A stretch of 62,695 nt of DNA, filler included. It is 9 parts of 9 records of this genome, joined end to end, with 100 filler letters (N's around TTAATTAATTAA, not from the genome) between each part and the next. Parts side by side here need not be neighbours in the genome. Positions count along the whole stretch, not along the records: positions 42,419 to 50,946 come from SRR31147125_167498; positions 51,047 to 57,035 come from SRR31147125_167568; 7 more parts are not named here. The stretch is one strand, 5' to 3'. A program made the translations under genes and the position numbers. The notes under the pieces were generated by a model, which was given only the letters and a program-made list of their open reading frames with translations, did no database searches and was not told where the DNA came from. Positions 46,226-57,135 of the stretch are shown one piece after another (positions within the stretch are counted from its first letter, which is position 1; each line of letters opens with the position of its first letter).

Positions 46226-46471
46226 ATGCATGAGTCTAAAGAAAACTCAGTCCGCGAAGCCTGGATTCTGTGCCTGATCCTGGGGCTGGTCATGATTAAT
46301 TTCCCCTTCGTCCATATTTTCAATACGGAAAAAACGATATTCGGGATTCCTGAGTTGGTGCTCTATTTCTTCATCGGCTGGCCGGCATCCATTATCGTCA
46401 TTTGGCTCTTTGTCTATCATCTGAGTAAATCGGCTCAGAGCTCACCCGAAACAGACAGTGATCAAACCTGA
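46226..46471 (+). CDS. Small two-TM membrane protein preceding the SLC5 fusion
   Basis: 81 aa, two hydrophobic helices, IFGIP..V.Y.F..W motif; ends 9 nt before the symporter fusion ORF. Confidence 0.75.
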   Translation: MHESKENSVREAWILCLILGLVMINFPFVHIFNTEKTIFGIPELVLYFFIGWPASIIVIWLFVYHLSKSAQSSPETDSDQT

Positions 46472-46480
46472 TCTTCGATA

Positions 46481-49400
46481 GTGGGCGCTGATATGGCAAT
46501 GATCTCTGCAAAAACCGTATTTCTACTTTCACTCTTCTACTTTACGCTGATTTTTATCGTCGCATTTTATGCTGATCGACGTAAAAAACAGGGCAAAAGC
46601 CTGCTGGCCAGCCCTCATATCTACTCTCTGTCCCTCGCCGTCTACTGCACCAGCTGGACATTTTACGGCAGTGTCGGACGGGCTGCGACCAGCGGTCTCG
46701 AATTTCTTCCGATCTATCTGGGCCCGACTCTGATTGCTTTCACCTGGTGGTTCCTGTTGCGCAAGATGGTCCGCATCAGTAAACAGCAGAACATCAACAG
46801 CATTGCTGACTTCCTCTCCAGCCGCTATGACCGATCTGCGGTTCTTGGCGCCATCGTCACCCTGTTCGCGGTCTTCGGCATCACACCCTACATCGCCCTG
46901 CAATTGAAGGCGATCTCGCAAACACTGAACATTCTCTCGGCTCCTCTGTCGATGACGGGCTTTGCCGTCGACAGCTACCTGAACATTCTCCCTGAAGGAA
47001 TTGATACGGCCTTTTTCGTCGCTATCATCCTGGCCGTTTTCGGGATGCTGTTCGGTGCCAGACATCTCGACTCTTCAGAGCGCCATGAGGGGCTTGTCGT
47101 CGCTGTTGCTTTCGAATCTCTGATCAAGCTGATCGCCTTTATCGCCGTCGGGATCTTCGTGACCTACGGCATGTTTGATGGGTTTTCCGACATCTTTCAG
47201 AAGTTCAGTGAACAGTTTCCGGAACGCCTGGACATGTTCCGGCTCGGGACAGAGCAGACGCCTTACACCAAGTGGTTCACCCTGATTGTCCTGTCGATGA
47301 TGGCGGTCATGTTCCTGCCGCGACAGTTCCACATTATGGTCACAGAGAACTCGGACGAACGTCACATTAAACAAGCGATGTGGCGCTTTCCGGCCTACCT
47401 GTTTCTGATTAATATTTTTGTCCTGCCGATCGCCCTCGGCGGTCTGATCATTAATGGCGGCGACGCTTCTCAGGCTGACTATTTTGTTTTAACCCTCCCT
47501 TTGTCGTCCGGTCATCCATGGCTGGCTCTGCTGGTTTTCATCGGTGGACTCTCAGCTGCGGCAGGAATGGTCATGGTCTCGTCGGTGACCATTTCGACGA
47601 TGATCCTGAACCACCTGGTCATGCCAGTCATCCTGAGAATGAACGCTCAGGTGCAGGATTTTTCCGGTATCCTCATCAATCTGAAGCGAACCGGCATCCT
47701 CGGTGTTGTCTTTCTCGGGTATTTTTACTTCAAGGTCATCGGCGACTCCTATGCGCTGGTCAATATCGGTCTGATCTCTTTCACCGCGGCAACTCAATTC
47801 GCACCTGCGATCATCGGTGGCCTTTACTGGCACAGAGCTAACCGCAAAGCGGCGATTTACGGCATTGGTGCCGGTTTCATGCTCTGGGCCTATACCCTGC
47901 TGATTCCTTCCTTTGTCCGCTCCGGCTGGCTCAGCAGCGATATTCTTCAAAACGGAATTTTCGGGTTGAGCCTGCTCAAACCATTGGAACTTTTCGGTCT
48001 GCGTGGTTTTGATATCTACACACACTCTCTATTCTGGAGCCTTCTGTTCAATCTGGCAGCGTTCTTGACCATCTCATTTTTTGCCAAGCAGAGCAGCACG
48101 GAAAAACAGCAGGCCGAAAAGTTTATCGATGTTTTTGTCGATCAGGTTGCAGGATCAGAGCGCCTGACCCGAATCAGCAAGGCCCCAACGGTTCTGGAAT
48201 TTGTTGAGCTGATGTCCAAGTTTATCGGCGAAAAACAGGCCCAGTCATCGATCATGGACTATCTTAAAGACCAGGAGATCGATTCCCGGGGAAGCCTGGC
48301 GGATCACGAGATCCCCAACCTGAAGAATTTTACCGAACGGACTCTGGCTGGTTATGTCGGTGCGGCTCCGGCACGAATCATTCTCGACAACTACCTCGCT
48401 GCACGCGGCAGTGAGATGGAAGATGTCTTCGATATTTTCGGGACGGTCACCATCAGCCATGCATCCAGTCGAGAGCAACTGAGCGTTCTCTACGAAGCGG
48501 CTCAGATTGTTTCCCGCGGCTCCGAATTTCAGAAAACTCTGGATGCGATTCTTGAACTCCTCTCACAGCAGTTCAAGTTCGACCTCTGTGTTATCCGTAT
48601 CCTTGAACCGGAATCGATGACGTTGATGGTCAAGAGCCTGAACGGCCAATCATCGGAGCATTTCGGCCAGTCTGAGCGGAATCTCAACATGGAGACCTAT
48701 ATCGGCCAGGCGTTCCTCTCCAACGTCACCACGGTTGTTAATGACAGCGAGTATCTGGACAAACCGATCTCGGCGAAAATCATCAAGCGTGAGGGGATCA
48801 CTTGCTTCGCCCACACACCGATCGTGCTGGAAGGTGAACCTGTCGGTGTCTTGTCAGCTTTTTCAAAAACAGTCCGAGGCATTTTTACCCAGGAATTTAT
48901 CGCCCTGTTTGAAAATATCGCCGGTCAGATCGGCATCGCCTGGCGGAATCATGAACAATTGCAGGAACTTTTAAGTGTCCGCGATCAGGAACGTGAAATG
49001 GAGATTGCCCGTGAGATTCAAATGGGTCTTCTGCCGACAAAACTTCCTGACTTCGACTCCATTTCCGTTGCCGGGCTCTGTGTCCCCGCTCATCAGGTGG
49101 GTGGTGACTATTACGATATCATCGACTGGGCCGGTGACTCCTACGATCTGGTTATTGCCGATGTATCAGGGCACAATATCGGCTCGGCCCTGATTATGGC
49201 GGAAGCCAGAACCTTCATCCACGCACGTGTGAACAGCTCGCGCCAGCCTGCAGAGATGCTTCAGCAGCTGAACAGTTACTTCCTCAAGGATCTCGACCGC
49301 TCAGAACTGTTCGTCACAATGTTCTACCTCCAGTATAATCCTCATGATCGCCGGCTCATCTACAGTAATGCCGGCCACAACAACCCTCTCCTCTGGCGCA

Positions 49401-49717
49401 AACGGACACAAACAATTGACCTTCTTGACGCAGATGGGTTGATCTTCGGGATCAAGAAAGACATCTTCTTTGAACAGAAAACGACTACTCTTGAACCGGG
49501 TGACATGCTTCTCCTCTACACCGATGGGATCGTCGAAGCGGAGAGTATCGATAAAGAATTTTTCGGCACCGAGCGTCTCGGAAAGCTGTTACAGGAGAGT
49601 GCTGATCTCGAACCGCAGGAGATCATCGACCGGATTATGAACCAGGTCAGGATATTTACCGGCATGAGACATTTTAACGATGACATTACCATGGTGGTTA
49701 TGAAAGTATTATCCTGA
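46481..49717 (+). CDS. SLC5 (Na+/solute symporter)-STAC-GAF-PP2C(SpoIIE) fusion phosphatase
   Basis: CbrA/CrbS-type SLC5 (YSLSLAVYCTSWTFYGSVG, SIADFLSSRY, PYIALQLKA, FLPRQFH); STAC about 48190-48400 (KFIG...ERTLAGYVGAAPARIIL); GAF about 48480-48950; PP2C (VGGDYYD, DVSGH, NAGH, LYTDG, DDIT). Start could be 46493 or 46499. Confidence 0.92.
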   Translation: MGADMAMISAKTVFLLSLFYFTLIFIVAFYADRRKKQGKSLLASPHIYSLSLAVYCTSWTFYGSVGRAATSGLEFLPIYLGPTLIAFTWWFLLRKMVRISKQQNINSIADFLSSRYDRSAVLGAIVTLFAVFGITPYIALQLKAISQTLNILSAPLSMTGFAVDSYLNILPEGIDTAFFVAIILAVFGMLFGARHLDSSERHEGLVVAVAFESLIKLIAFIAVGIFVTYGMFDGFSDIFQKFSEQFPERLDMFRLGTEQTPYTKWFTLIVLSMMAVMFLPRQFHIMVTENSDERHIKQAMWRFPAYLFLINIFVLPIALGGLIINGGDASQADYFVLTLPLSSGHPWLALLVFIGGLSAAAGMVMVSSVTISTMILNHLVMPVILRMNAQVQDFSGILINLKRTGILGVVFLGYFYFKVIGDSYALVNIGLISFTAATQFAPAIIGGLYWHRANRKAAIYGIGAGFMLWAYTLLIPSFVRSGWLSSDILQNGIFGLSLLKPLELFGLRGFDIYTHSLFWSLLFNLAAFLTISFFAKQSSTEKQQAEKFIDVFVDQVAGSERLTRISKAPTVLEFVELMSKFIGEKQAQSSIMDYLKDQEIDSRGSLADHEIPNLKNFTERTLAGYVGAAPARIILDNYLAARGSEMEDVFDIFGTVTISHASSREQLSVLYEAAQIVSRGSEFQKTLDAILELLSQQFKFDLCVIRILEPESMTLMVKSLNGQSSEHFGQSERNLNMETYIGQAFLSNVTTVVNDSEYLDKPISAKIIKREGITCFAHTPIVLEGEPVGVLSAFSKTVRGIFTQEFIALFENIAGQIGIAWRNHEQLQELLSVRDQEREMEIAREIQMGLLPTKLPDFDSISVAGLCVPAHQVGGDYYDIIDWAGDSYDLVIADVSGHNIGSALIMAEARTFIHARVNSSRQPAEMLQQLNSYFLKDLDRSELFVTMFYLQYNPHDRRLIYSNAGHNNPLLWRKRTQTIDLLDADGLIFGIKKDIFFEQKTTTLEPGDMLLLYTDGIVEAESIDKEFFGTERLGKLLQESADLEPQEIIDRIMNQVRIFTGMRHFNDDITMVVMKVLS

Positions 49718-49791
49718 TACCTGAAACAATGACAAGAATCGATTAAAGCTGATATTTAAGACATTCCTAACCGATATTAAAGGAGACACCG

Positions 49792-50127
49792 ATGCAACTG
49801 AATATGAGTGAACAGGGAGACATCATCAAAATCGATGTGCAGGAAGAGCGTATGGATGCTCACAACAGTGGAGATCTGAAAGAGCAGATGCTGCAACTGT
49901 TTGATGAAGGGAAATGCAACCTGATCGTGGATTTGAGCTCCGTTCGCTTTATCGATTCATCGGGGCTGGGAGCCCTGGTTTCCGGGTTTAAAAATGCCAG
50001 CGCTCGTGAGGGATGCCTCAAGCTTTGTTGCCTTCAGCCACAGGTACGCTCCATGTTTGAACTGACACGTCTCCATCGTGTCTTTGAGATTTATCCAAAC
50101 CATGATGAAGCTTTGTCGAGCTTCTAG
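49792..50127 (+). CDS. STAS-domain anti-anti-sigma factor (RsbV/SpoIIAA-like)
   Basis: LIVDLSSVRFIDSSGLGALV with the phospho-acceptor Ser; FELTRL..VF; AAGGAG RBS. Confidence 0.93.
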   Translation: MQLNMSEQGDIIKIDVQEERMDAHNSGDLKEQMLQLFDEGKCNLIVDLSSVRFIDSSGLGALVSGFKNASAREGCLKLCCLQPQVRSMFELTRLHRVFEIYPNHDEALSSF

Positions 50128-50151
50128 CAAAGCATTAAAAGTCAGGAATAT

Positions 50152-50583
50152 ATGAGCAAAAGGATAGAACTTAACGTTAAGGTTCCGAATCAGACGAAAT
50201 ACCTCAGTATGATCGGACGTATGGGCGAAAGCCTCGCTTATTCCCTGAAGGGTTTTCAGGGGAACAGGCGGGAGCTCGCCTATCACCTGAACCTTGTTCT
50301 GACAGAGGCAGTCGCCAATGTTATCTGTCATGCTCATCAGTACGACCCGGACAAAGATGTCAGCGTCTCAATCTCTGCCTCTGATCAGGACATTCTGATC
50401 AAAGTTTACGATCAGGGGCAGGGGTTCGATATCCAGTCTCTCGCCAGTCAGAAATCTCAATCCGGAGATGAATGCGGCCGCGGAATCCACCTGATTATCA
50501 AATTGATGGATCAGGTCGAATATCTGAAGGAAGGAACGTCCAACGTCCTTCTGATGAAAAAACATCTCTCCCCGAAGAGCTAG
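50152..50583 (+). CDS. Anti-sigma factor / Ser kinase (RsbW/SpoIIAB-like)
   Basis: EAVANVICHA (N box), DQGQGFD (G1), GRGIHLI..LMD.V (G2). Confidence 0.92.
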   Translation: MSKRIELNVKVPNQTKYLSMIGRMGESLAYSLKGFQGNRRELAYHLNLVLTEAVANVICHAHQYDPDKDVSVSISASDQDILIKVYDQGQGFDIQSLASQKSQSGDECGRGIHLIIKLMDQVEYLKEGTSNVLLMKKHLSPKS

Positions 50584-50592
50584 AAACAACTC

Positions 50593-50946
50593 TCAGTCGA
50601 CCCCGTACTCGCTCAGTTTTCGCCTCAACGTCAGGCGCGTTATTCCCAACATATCAGCGGTTCTGGTTTTATTCATATTGCTCTGCCGATAAACAGCAAT
50701 GATGTGCTTCATCTCAACATCGGCAAGTCGAACGGAGTCACGGGTTCCCCGTGCTGCATTCTCGTCACCGCAGCTGGCTAAAGGCATCAGGTCAGAAATC
50801 CCGATCTCTCCGCCGGGATGGAGTAAACACATACGCTCAACGACGTTTCTCAATTCACGAACATTGCCGGACCATGGCTGCGTCTGCATGCATTTCAAGG
50901 CATCCGGAGAGAAATGGCACTCCTTGCCGGGAGCCCGCAACAGGAA
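50593..50946 (-). CDS. Sigma-54 dependent activator, C-terminal part (5' truncated)
   Basis: WSGNVRELRNVVER and Fis-type HTH NKTRTADMLGITRLTLRRKL. Confidence 0.9.
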   Translation of the reverse strand, partial: FLLRAPGKECHFSPDALKCMQTQPWSGNVRELRNVVERMCLLHPGGEIGISDLMPLASCGDENAARGTRDSVRLADVEMKHIIAVYRQSNMNKTRTADMLGITRLTLRRKLSEYGVD

Positions 50947-51046
50947 NNNNNNNNNNNNNNNNNNNNNNNNNNNNNNNNNNNNNNNNNNNNTTAATTAATT
51001 AANNNNNNNNNNNNNNNNNNNNNNNNNNNNNNNNNNNNNNNNNNNN
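50947..51046. other. Artificial contig spacer
   Basis: N-run with TTAATTAATTAA. Confidence 0.99.
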
Positions 51047-52755
51047 TGGATGGATGGATGGATGGATGGATGGATGCCACACAATCTACAGAGTCTGACA
51101 GGCCATCATGAATCTAGCTTTGATTCGCCTGAGACTGCTGTTGATCATACCCATGACTGTTCATCGGCCGTATGTCGCCTGAAACTCAACATGCGTTTGC
51201 TTCAGACATTCGTGGCCGAGTCCATGCACAGACAGGGTACGTTGGGCATACCAACCATTGTGGAAAGTGCAAATGAGGTGTTCAAAGAAGGTTTGGGCCG
51301 CAAGACCTTTCGGCTGGAAGAGGATGATCAGGGACAAGTGGTACGTCCCTCCACGAAATGCAGCGATTCCGATTCGATACACCACCCCCTCCTAGCTTGT
51401 GCATGTCCGTCAAAGTTCACGCACAACGGAAGAATGGCACCAAACAAAGACGGAACAATTATGGTTTGTGCCGGATGGGCTCGACTCGGTCTGAATTCTG
51501 TCTGCATCAGGGGTCTGATAGGCGAGGAGGTGAGAAACATGGATCGTTATGAGAAGAGTGTGACTGTTGTGATCATGGGATTCTCCCACTATGATGCGGA
51601 GAGCAAAGTGGTGGGGGTGAATTGTGTATTTGGATTCTTGTTGCTGCTAACGTATTACAGGGATTCGCGCACACGGCCGTGGGTGGAGGACATCTTGCCC
51701 TCTTCAGTAATCTGGGTCTTCATTCTTGGGCTGCTTCCTTAGAGGAGGTGTCTGCTCGTTTTACGGATTCAAGAGAACTTCCGGAAACGGTTCATGACGA
51801 CTCAAATTCTCGAGGGACATTCTGGGCCTTGTATTCCACGACGTTAGGAGCCACTTGTGCGTTACGGTTGACCTTGTTATACTCCTCTTAGCTCCGTGAT
51901 CTCTCGCAGTGCACGAGATGGGTCATTGTTTTTCCCTTTCCCACACACGTAACAGAAAAGGAATCATGGTGTGTGACACTTTTGTTGTTCTTGTTGTTCT
52001 TGTTGTTCTTTTGTATGCAAACGTGGCACCTTTTTGTTAAGTTCCGCGACTTTGACCACATTAATCGTATTTTCGTTCCGTGGGAGCCACCGTCCGCGGG
52101 GCCCCGGTACGATGCCTGGTACATGAAGAGGGAAGGATGTTTTTAACCGTTTGGGTGTGTGGTAGCGGGGGTCTTCCCCTCATTGATCAACAGAGGGACG
52201 AGGTAGGGTGGCACCGATCTTCTGCGGTCCGTCTTTGTTACCATCGTCATTTCTGGTTGGATGACAGGGGGGTGAGTGTTTGGGGAGCGGCCCTGAATGT
52301 TCTGTCCCTGAACGTGACTCCGTCAGGATGTCTCGGCGCGAACCTTTGTTCCCAACACGGATCTTGCTCTTACTATTGGTGTCAGTGATGTGTGTAGGGA
52401 GGGGTTTCCATGTTTGTTTCCATGTTTGTTTGTTTGTTTGTTTGTGAATTTCATCCAGGATGGGGAATACGTTATTATACGAGCCCCGCGTGGCATGCGA
52501 CACGTGGACTACCGTATCCAGGGGGAAGTTGATCATCATATGGAGTACGTTCCGTTGGTGGTGGTCGTTTGTCAGTCACACTCTTTCGACAGATATCTGG
52601 GGAATCAGATCACGGAAGAGGTTCAAATCCCGTTCAAGGACCTCCAATCCCTCTATCCGGAAGAGAAAGAGATCCTTGTAACGGCAGAGGACGACACTGG
52701 GGCAATTGTGGAGGAAAAGATCGGACTTGTTTCATTGCAAGCTCAGTTGAAGTAG
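51047..52755 (+). CDS. Eukaryotic putative zinc metallopeptidase (Metallopep/YIL108W-like), multi-exon, 5' truncated
   Basis: LLQTFVAESM, RKTFRLE, AHTAVGGGHLALFSNLGLHSW, RGTFWALYSTTLGAT/LHEMGHCFSLSH (HExxHxxxxxH), GIM/FRDFDHINRIF, WHRSSAVRL.YH. Confidence 0.8.
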
Positions 52756-55700
52756 GACGGCGACACGAGCAATTCCGTGAGGAGACTCAATTGTTCCTCG
52801 GTAAATCTCTCCCGTACCTGAACCACACGAATCTATCACACAGCATGCACACATATCCAACACCCCCACACACCAAGATCCACGAGTCCGAGATTGTGCG
52901 CCAAAACTCGGCAAAGGTCTTGCGTACAGTACCTTGAATGGGCATAGGATCCGCAATGTGTGGTGCGAGCTGGAAGCATGGTAAGTGATGAGTGATGAAC
53001 CAGGTCCTGTCGTCCTCACCTCCACCAAAACGGTGGGGAGCCACGATCGAACGTCGAACGGGTGCGTAAGCACAAGGGCTGCCAATCCTAAAACACCACC
53101 ATGGCGACGGAGGAACGCTGGTCTCCGTAATCTCTTCTCCCGCTCATCCGAATTCCTTTGTTGGGATATGGCTTCGAGGGGCAGACGGGCTTGTTTCGCA
53201 AACCGTGCCTGGGAGAACGCGTCAGGATCATTGTAGGCACATAGGGCACGACAACTACGTACAGAAAGATCTTCCATTTCGTGATCCGAAGCGATCCTAA
53301 GGAATCCGGCCAGTGTTGTACAGGCTTTTTCACGAACCTATTCATGGCGTGATGCACGGAAGGAGACGATGGGTATATCAAATGCACCTACCTCCACTTG
53401 GGGATCTTCCAACAAGGAAACCACAAGTTCACGCAGTTCGTGTTGTTCCGCGGCTGTGATCATGAACTGGTGCTGGAACCCAATGCAATGAAGAAAAGGC
53501 AAGACAGCGGCACGCGTATGCCATGCAGGGGATCGCATCACTTCTCCCATACACTTGATGAGGGGCCCAAGAACATGTTGAGGATAGTGTTCGCGGGCTG
53601 CACATGACAAACAGTGGCGTGCCAGGGACGCAACGCCGGGGACAACATCATCTTGCAGCGGAAAGATGAGAGGGAACAGAAGAGTTACAAAGGAGGAACA
53701 GGACTTGGAGAATCCGGAACGAAGCAAGCCAAGAACCCACAGGAGCACGGTCTTGCAAAAGGAGGAAGCCTCTAAGAACTCTGGACTCGTTCGAGCAAAG
53801 TGGAGATAGTCACTCGCAAGGATTTCTTTCATCTTGGAGGATATGGTCTCGACGAACTGGCAAAGTCGGGGCGGGAGTGTCGATGGAGCATCGAAGAGCA
53901 GTTCATCTGTCTCCGGATTCCGGGCAGGTTCCCAATGACACGATACAATAGCGGAAATCACCGTGGCGATCCGTTCACGTACTTGCTTGTAGGGATGTGC
54001 CAAGTGTTCTTCCAGTTCGTTCAGAAGCGACTCGCCAATCGAGTATCCCCGCCATGTGAACTCATGCAGAATCGGCTGTAAGTCTCGAAGACGTTTGGCT
54101 TGTCCTTGGGATGTGCTCGGTGCAAGAGGATCACGCACAAGTTCGTCTGTGAGGGGATGGAGTCGTCGCGGGTCAATATCGTATACACAGAATCGAATGG
54201 CCGATGCCCAGTCTACAAGGCTCTCTGGTGGGGAGGACGCTAGTGCGGTGCGCAAGATGGGCAGAACCTTGCTCCACATTCGCATCACAGTCGTATATGG
54301 CCAGTGTCGGCTTCCGCGAATGATCCCGGCCAGAGTTTCGGCTGCGGCGCACTGATGATCCCGGTCTTTGGTGTCCTCAGACAGACGACGGCAGTGTTCT
54401 AGCACCTTGTCCAGGAAACACTCACCAAACACCTGAAATGTCCCCTTGAACACTTGTGCTGTGCGATCCTCAAAGGCGTCGGTTCCCGTACGGTGATCAT
54501 CCCCAAACAGACGAAAGAATGTGTCAAGAAACTCATCCGACTCGAGGTGGGCCCGAGCTTGACGAAGAATGACGGCATCGGGGTCAGCGTCATCGTCACG
54601 GTCCCAGTCTCCTTCGTTGATGAGGGGAGGAGGGTCATACACAATTCCATTCAAGGGACGTCCATTCCAGCCGTAGTGATCTGATTGATTGATGGGAAGC
54701 GTTAGGGCCCTTCACGTGCGTTCGAGTGTTTCTCACGTACTCTTGTCATAGAAGTGACAGGCGTTCCATTCCTCTTCGTTTTGGGGAACAGAAAAATGCA
54801 TCCAGTCTTGTCGTGTGAGCCGTTTGGAGAGTTCGGGGTCGAGTCGTCGTGACCGTGGCTTCTTCACCGCCAGAAGAAAGTCATTGAATCCCTTCATACT
54901 GGTGGGTCGTTTGTGGGTGGCTTATCGCACGCGGGGCGTCATCACACGTACGCCAATTGTCGTAGAGGAGCCAGGTCGCTTGTCAGCCCGTTGAGGAACC
55001 ACTGGACAATGGGCCACGTTGGCTTTACATCTGTGCGGAGAAGAATAATCTTGGGGGACTGTGTAAGGAAGGTGTCGAGACTCCTCTATACACAACACAC
55101 CAAAAACGATGTCATCCACAACTGATATCGCCAGTGAACAGACGGATCTTGCAGTTTCGTAACGAGAGAATCAATCTAATGGAGACACTCACTCCCAAGG
55201 AAGAAGACCTGTGTCAGGAACGGACCAGGTGTTCATAGACCTTCATGGTTCTTTCATTGATGTCGAGAAGGGTTCTTCTTGCCATGGCCACATCCTCTGC
55301 GGATACGCACTCGATGCACGCTTACCCAGGCGAGAGAATCAGTCCAAATGCGACCTGTTCCACAGGACGTACCTGTTGCAGAATCCGGAGGCGGAACACG
55401 AAGGGGAATAGGATAGAATGTCACACATATGTTGATGAACAAGTGATTCAGACAGTATTGGACAGAGGGCTACAGAACCCATTGTTTGTCCGTAGTAGGG
55501 AATACGCACACGCATACCTTCTCTCTGACATGGGCGTTACAAAGTCCACACATCAACTGTGCCGTCAGATCCCAGTCATGAGAAATATAACGCGTCAAGA
55601 ACTTGTGGGTCAGAAGATAGACAGCTCCTGTCGTCTCCTCATCGGAAAACTCTGACCGGGTGTGAGTGATCTTGAAGCATATCTACCCACCCCCCGCGTA

Positions 55701-57035
55701 CGTGTGTCGTGAAGACGTTGAATGATCCTGGGAATCATGGAAGGAAGCGCCTCAGGGAAGCGCTTCAAGGATGATATAAGAACCGGTTGAGCCTTTCTGC
55801 GTACAGGTGGTTCGAGGTTGTCGTTCTTCATACCTCGAATACGGAGTGCATACCTTCGTACTTGAGAGTAAGCATTTGTTGATAACACAAGCATATCTTC
55901 CAAGAGATTTTTGTAGAGATCTGATAAGGATACACAGAAGTTGTATTCACTCCATCGAAGAGTGTGCCGAATGAATTCACGTTCCACTGGTTCATGAGGG
56001 AGTGAATGAACCAATCTCACCCCCCCACCCACACGCACACGCGCGCACCGCTAAGATAGCGTGGTTGAAAGGGTCCCCGCTGACCTTTGAGATGGGGAAA
56101 GAGTGCATATTTGATGGCATCATGCCCACGCTACAGACACATCACCAATCTCATGAACCAGTGAGTCCGTACACGGGCACATACTTTGCGATTCGAGTAT
56201 TTGGTACGATCTACACCACGAATAACAACAAATTGATTGATAATCTGCGTTTCGTTAGGTTTTGCGCCTGGTTCTCCTCCTCCTCCTCCTCTCGCTTACC
56301 TTAGCTACCATGCGTAGGGCACGCACATCATCTTCACGATGAGCAAGAAGGAATTGACAGAACCTGTGCAAAAGTTTTCCAATCTGCTGGCGCATACCGT
56401 CCTGGTTGTTGTGCTGTTGTTAGTCCGTGTACCAATGTATCGTCGAGGCGCATACGAGGGCAAGAGGATGACACATGCCCGCTTCTACGTGATTCCGCTT
56501 GAGAGGTGAAAAACCGGGTGGTGTCTCTCTGATGAGAATTGGTGAGGGGACAGGAACCGTTGGCCTTGGGATGGGATGGGATGAACGCACTCCACCACAA
56601 CAGTGTGTTTCTCTGCTTCAGTTCCATCTGATAACAGAGTGGGCGCGCCGCGCACAATATTACGAAGGCGAAGGAGCAGTTTCCAAATCTCGTCTTTTGA
56701 GGCCATCCTTTTTCGCACCCAAACACGGGATCACGACGAGATCTTCCTTCTCCCCTCCTCGCACGTACTTTTCGCCTGCCGTGTCAACAATTTCATTGAG
56801 TCGTTTCATGGGTTCCGCAGCAAACTCTTTCACCAAATCACACGCAAATGCCACTTCATCGTCACTCTTAATGAATCCATCAACATCAGACCGTCCTCAA
56901 ACGAGAGAACAACGAACCGGACAGTGCCACGTAATAGTCCGATTCTTTGTTCTGCTGAGACCCCATTTTCTGAAGTGGACCTTGGGAAAATCTGTGGAGG
57001 TTGTGGTTGAGGATGATGATGATGATGATGATGAT
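52743..57035 (-). CDS. PSME4: Proteasome activator PA200/Blm10, multi-exon, 5' truncated
   Basis: AAAETLAGIIRGSRHW, HPYKQVRERIA, WHTRAAVL.FL, LLEDPQVEV, RRHGGVLGLAALVL..PF, TVRKTFAEFWRT, FTEEQLSLLTELLVSPSYFN-stop. Confidence 0.93.
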
Positions 57036-57135
57036 NNNNNNNNNNNNNNNNNNNNNNNNNNNNNNNNNNNNNNNNNNNNTTAATTAATTAANNNNNNNNN
57101 NNNNNNNNNNNNNNNNNNNNNNNNNNNNNNNNNNN
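57036..57135. other. Artificial contig spacer
   Basis: N-run with TTAATTAATTAA. Confidence 0.99.

Noticed and set aside
6448-57135. Recurrent TTAATTAATTAA motif as a biological repeat or CRISPR-like array
   Set aside because: Always centred in exactly 100 nt of N padding and gives stops in all frames: a contig-joining linker.
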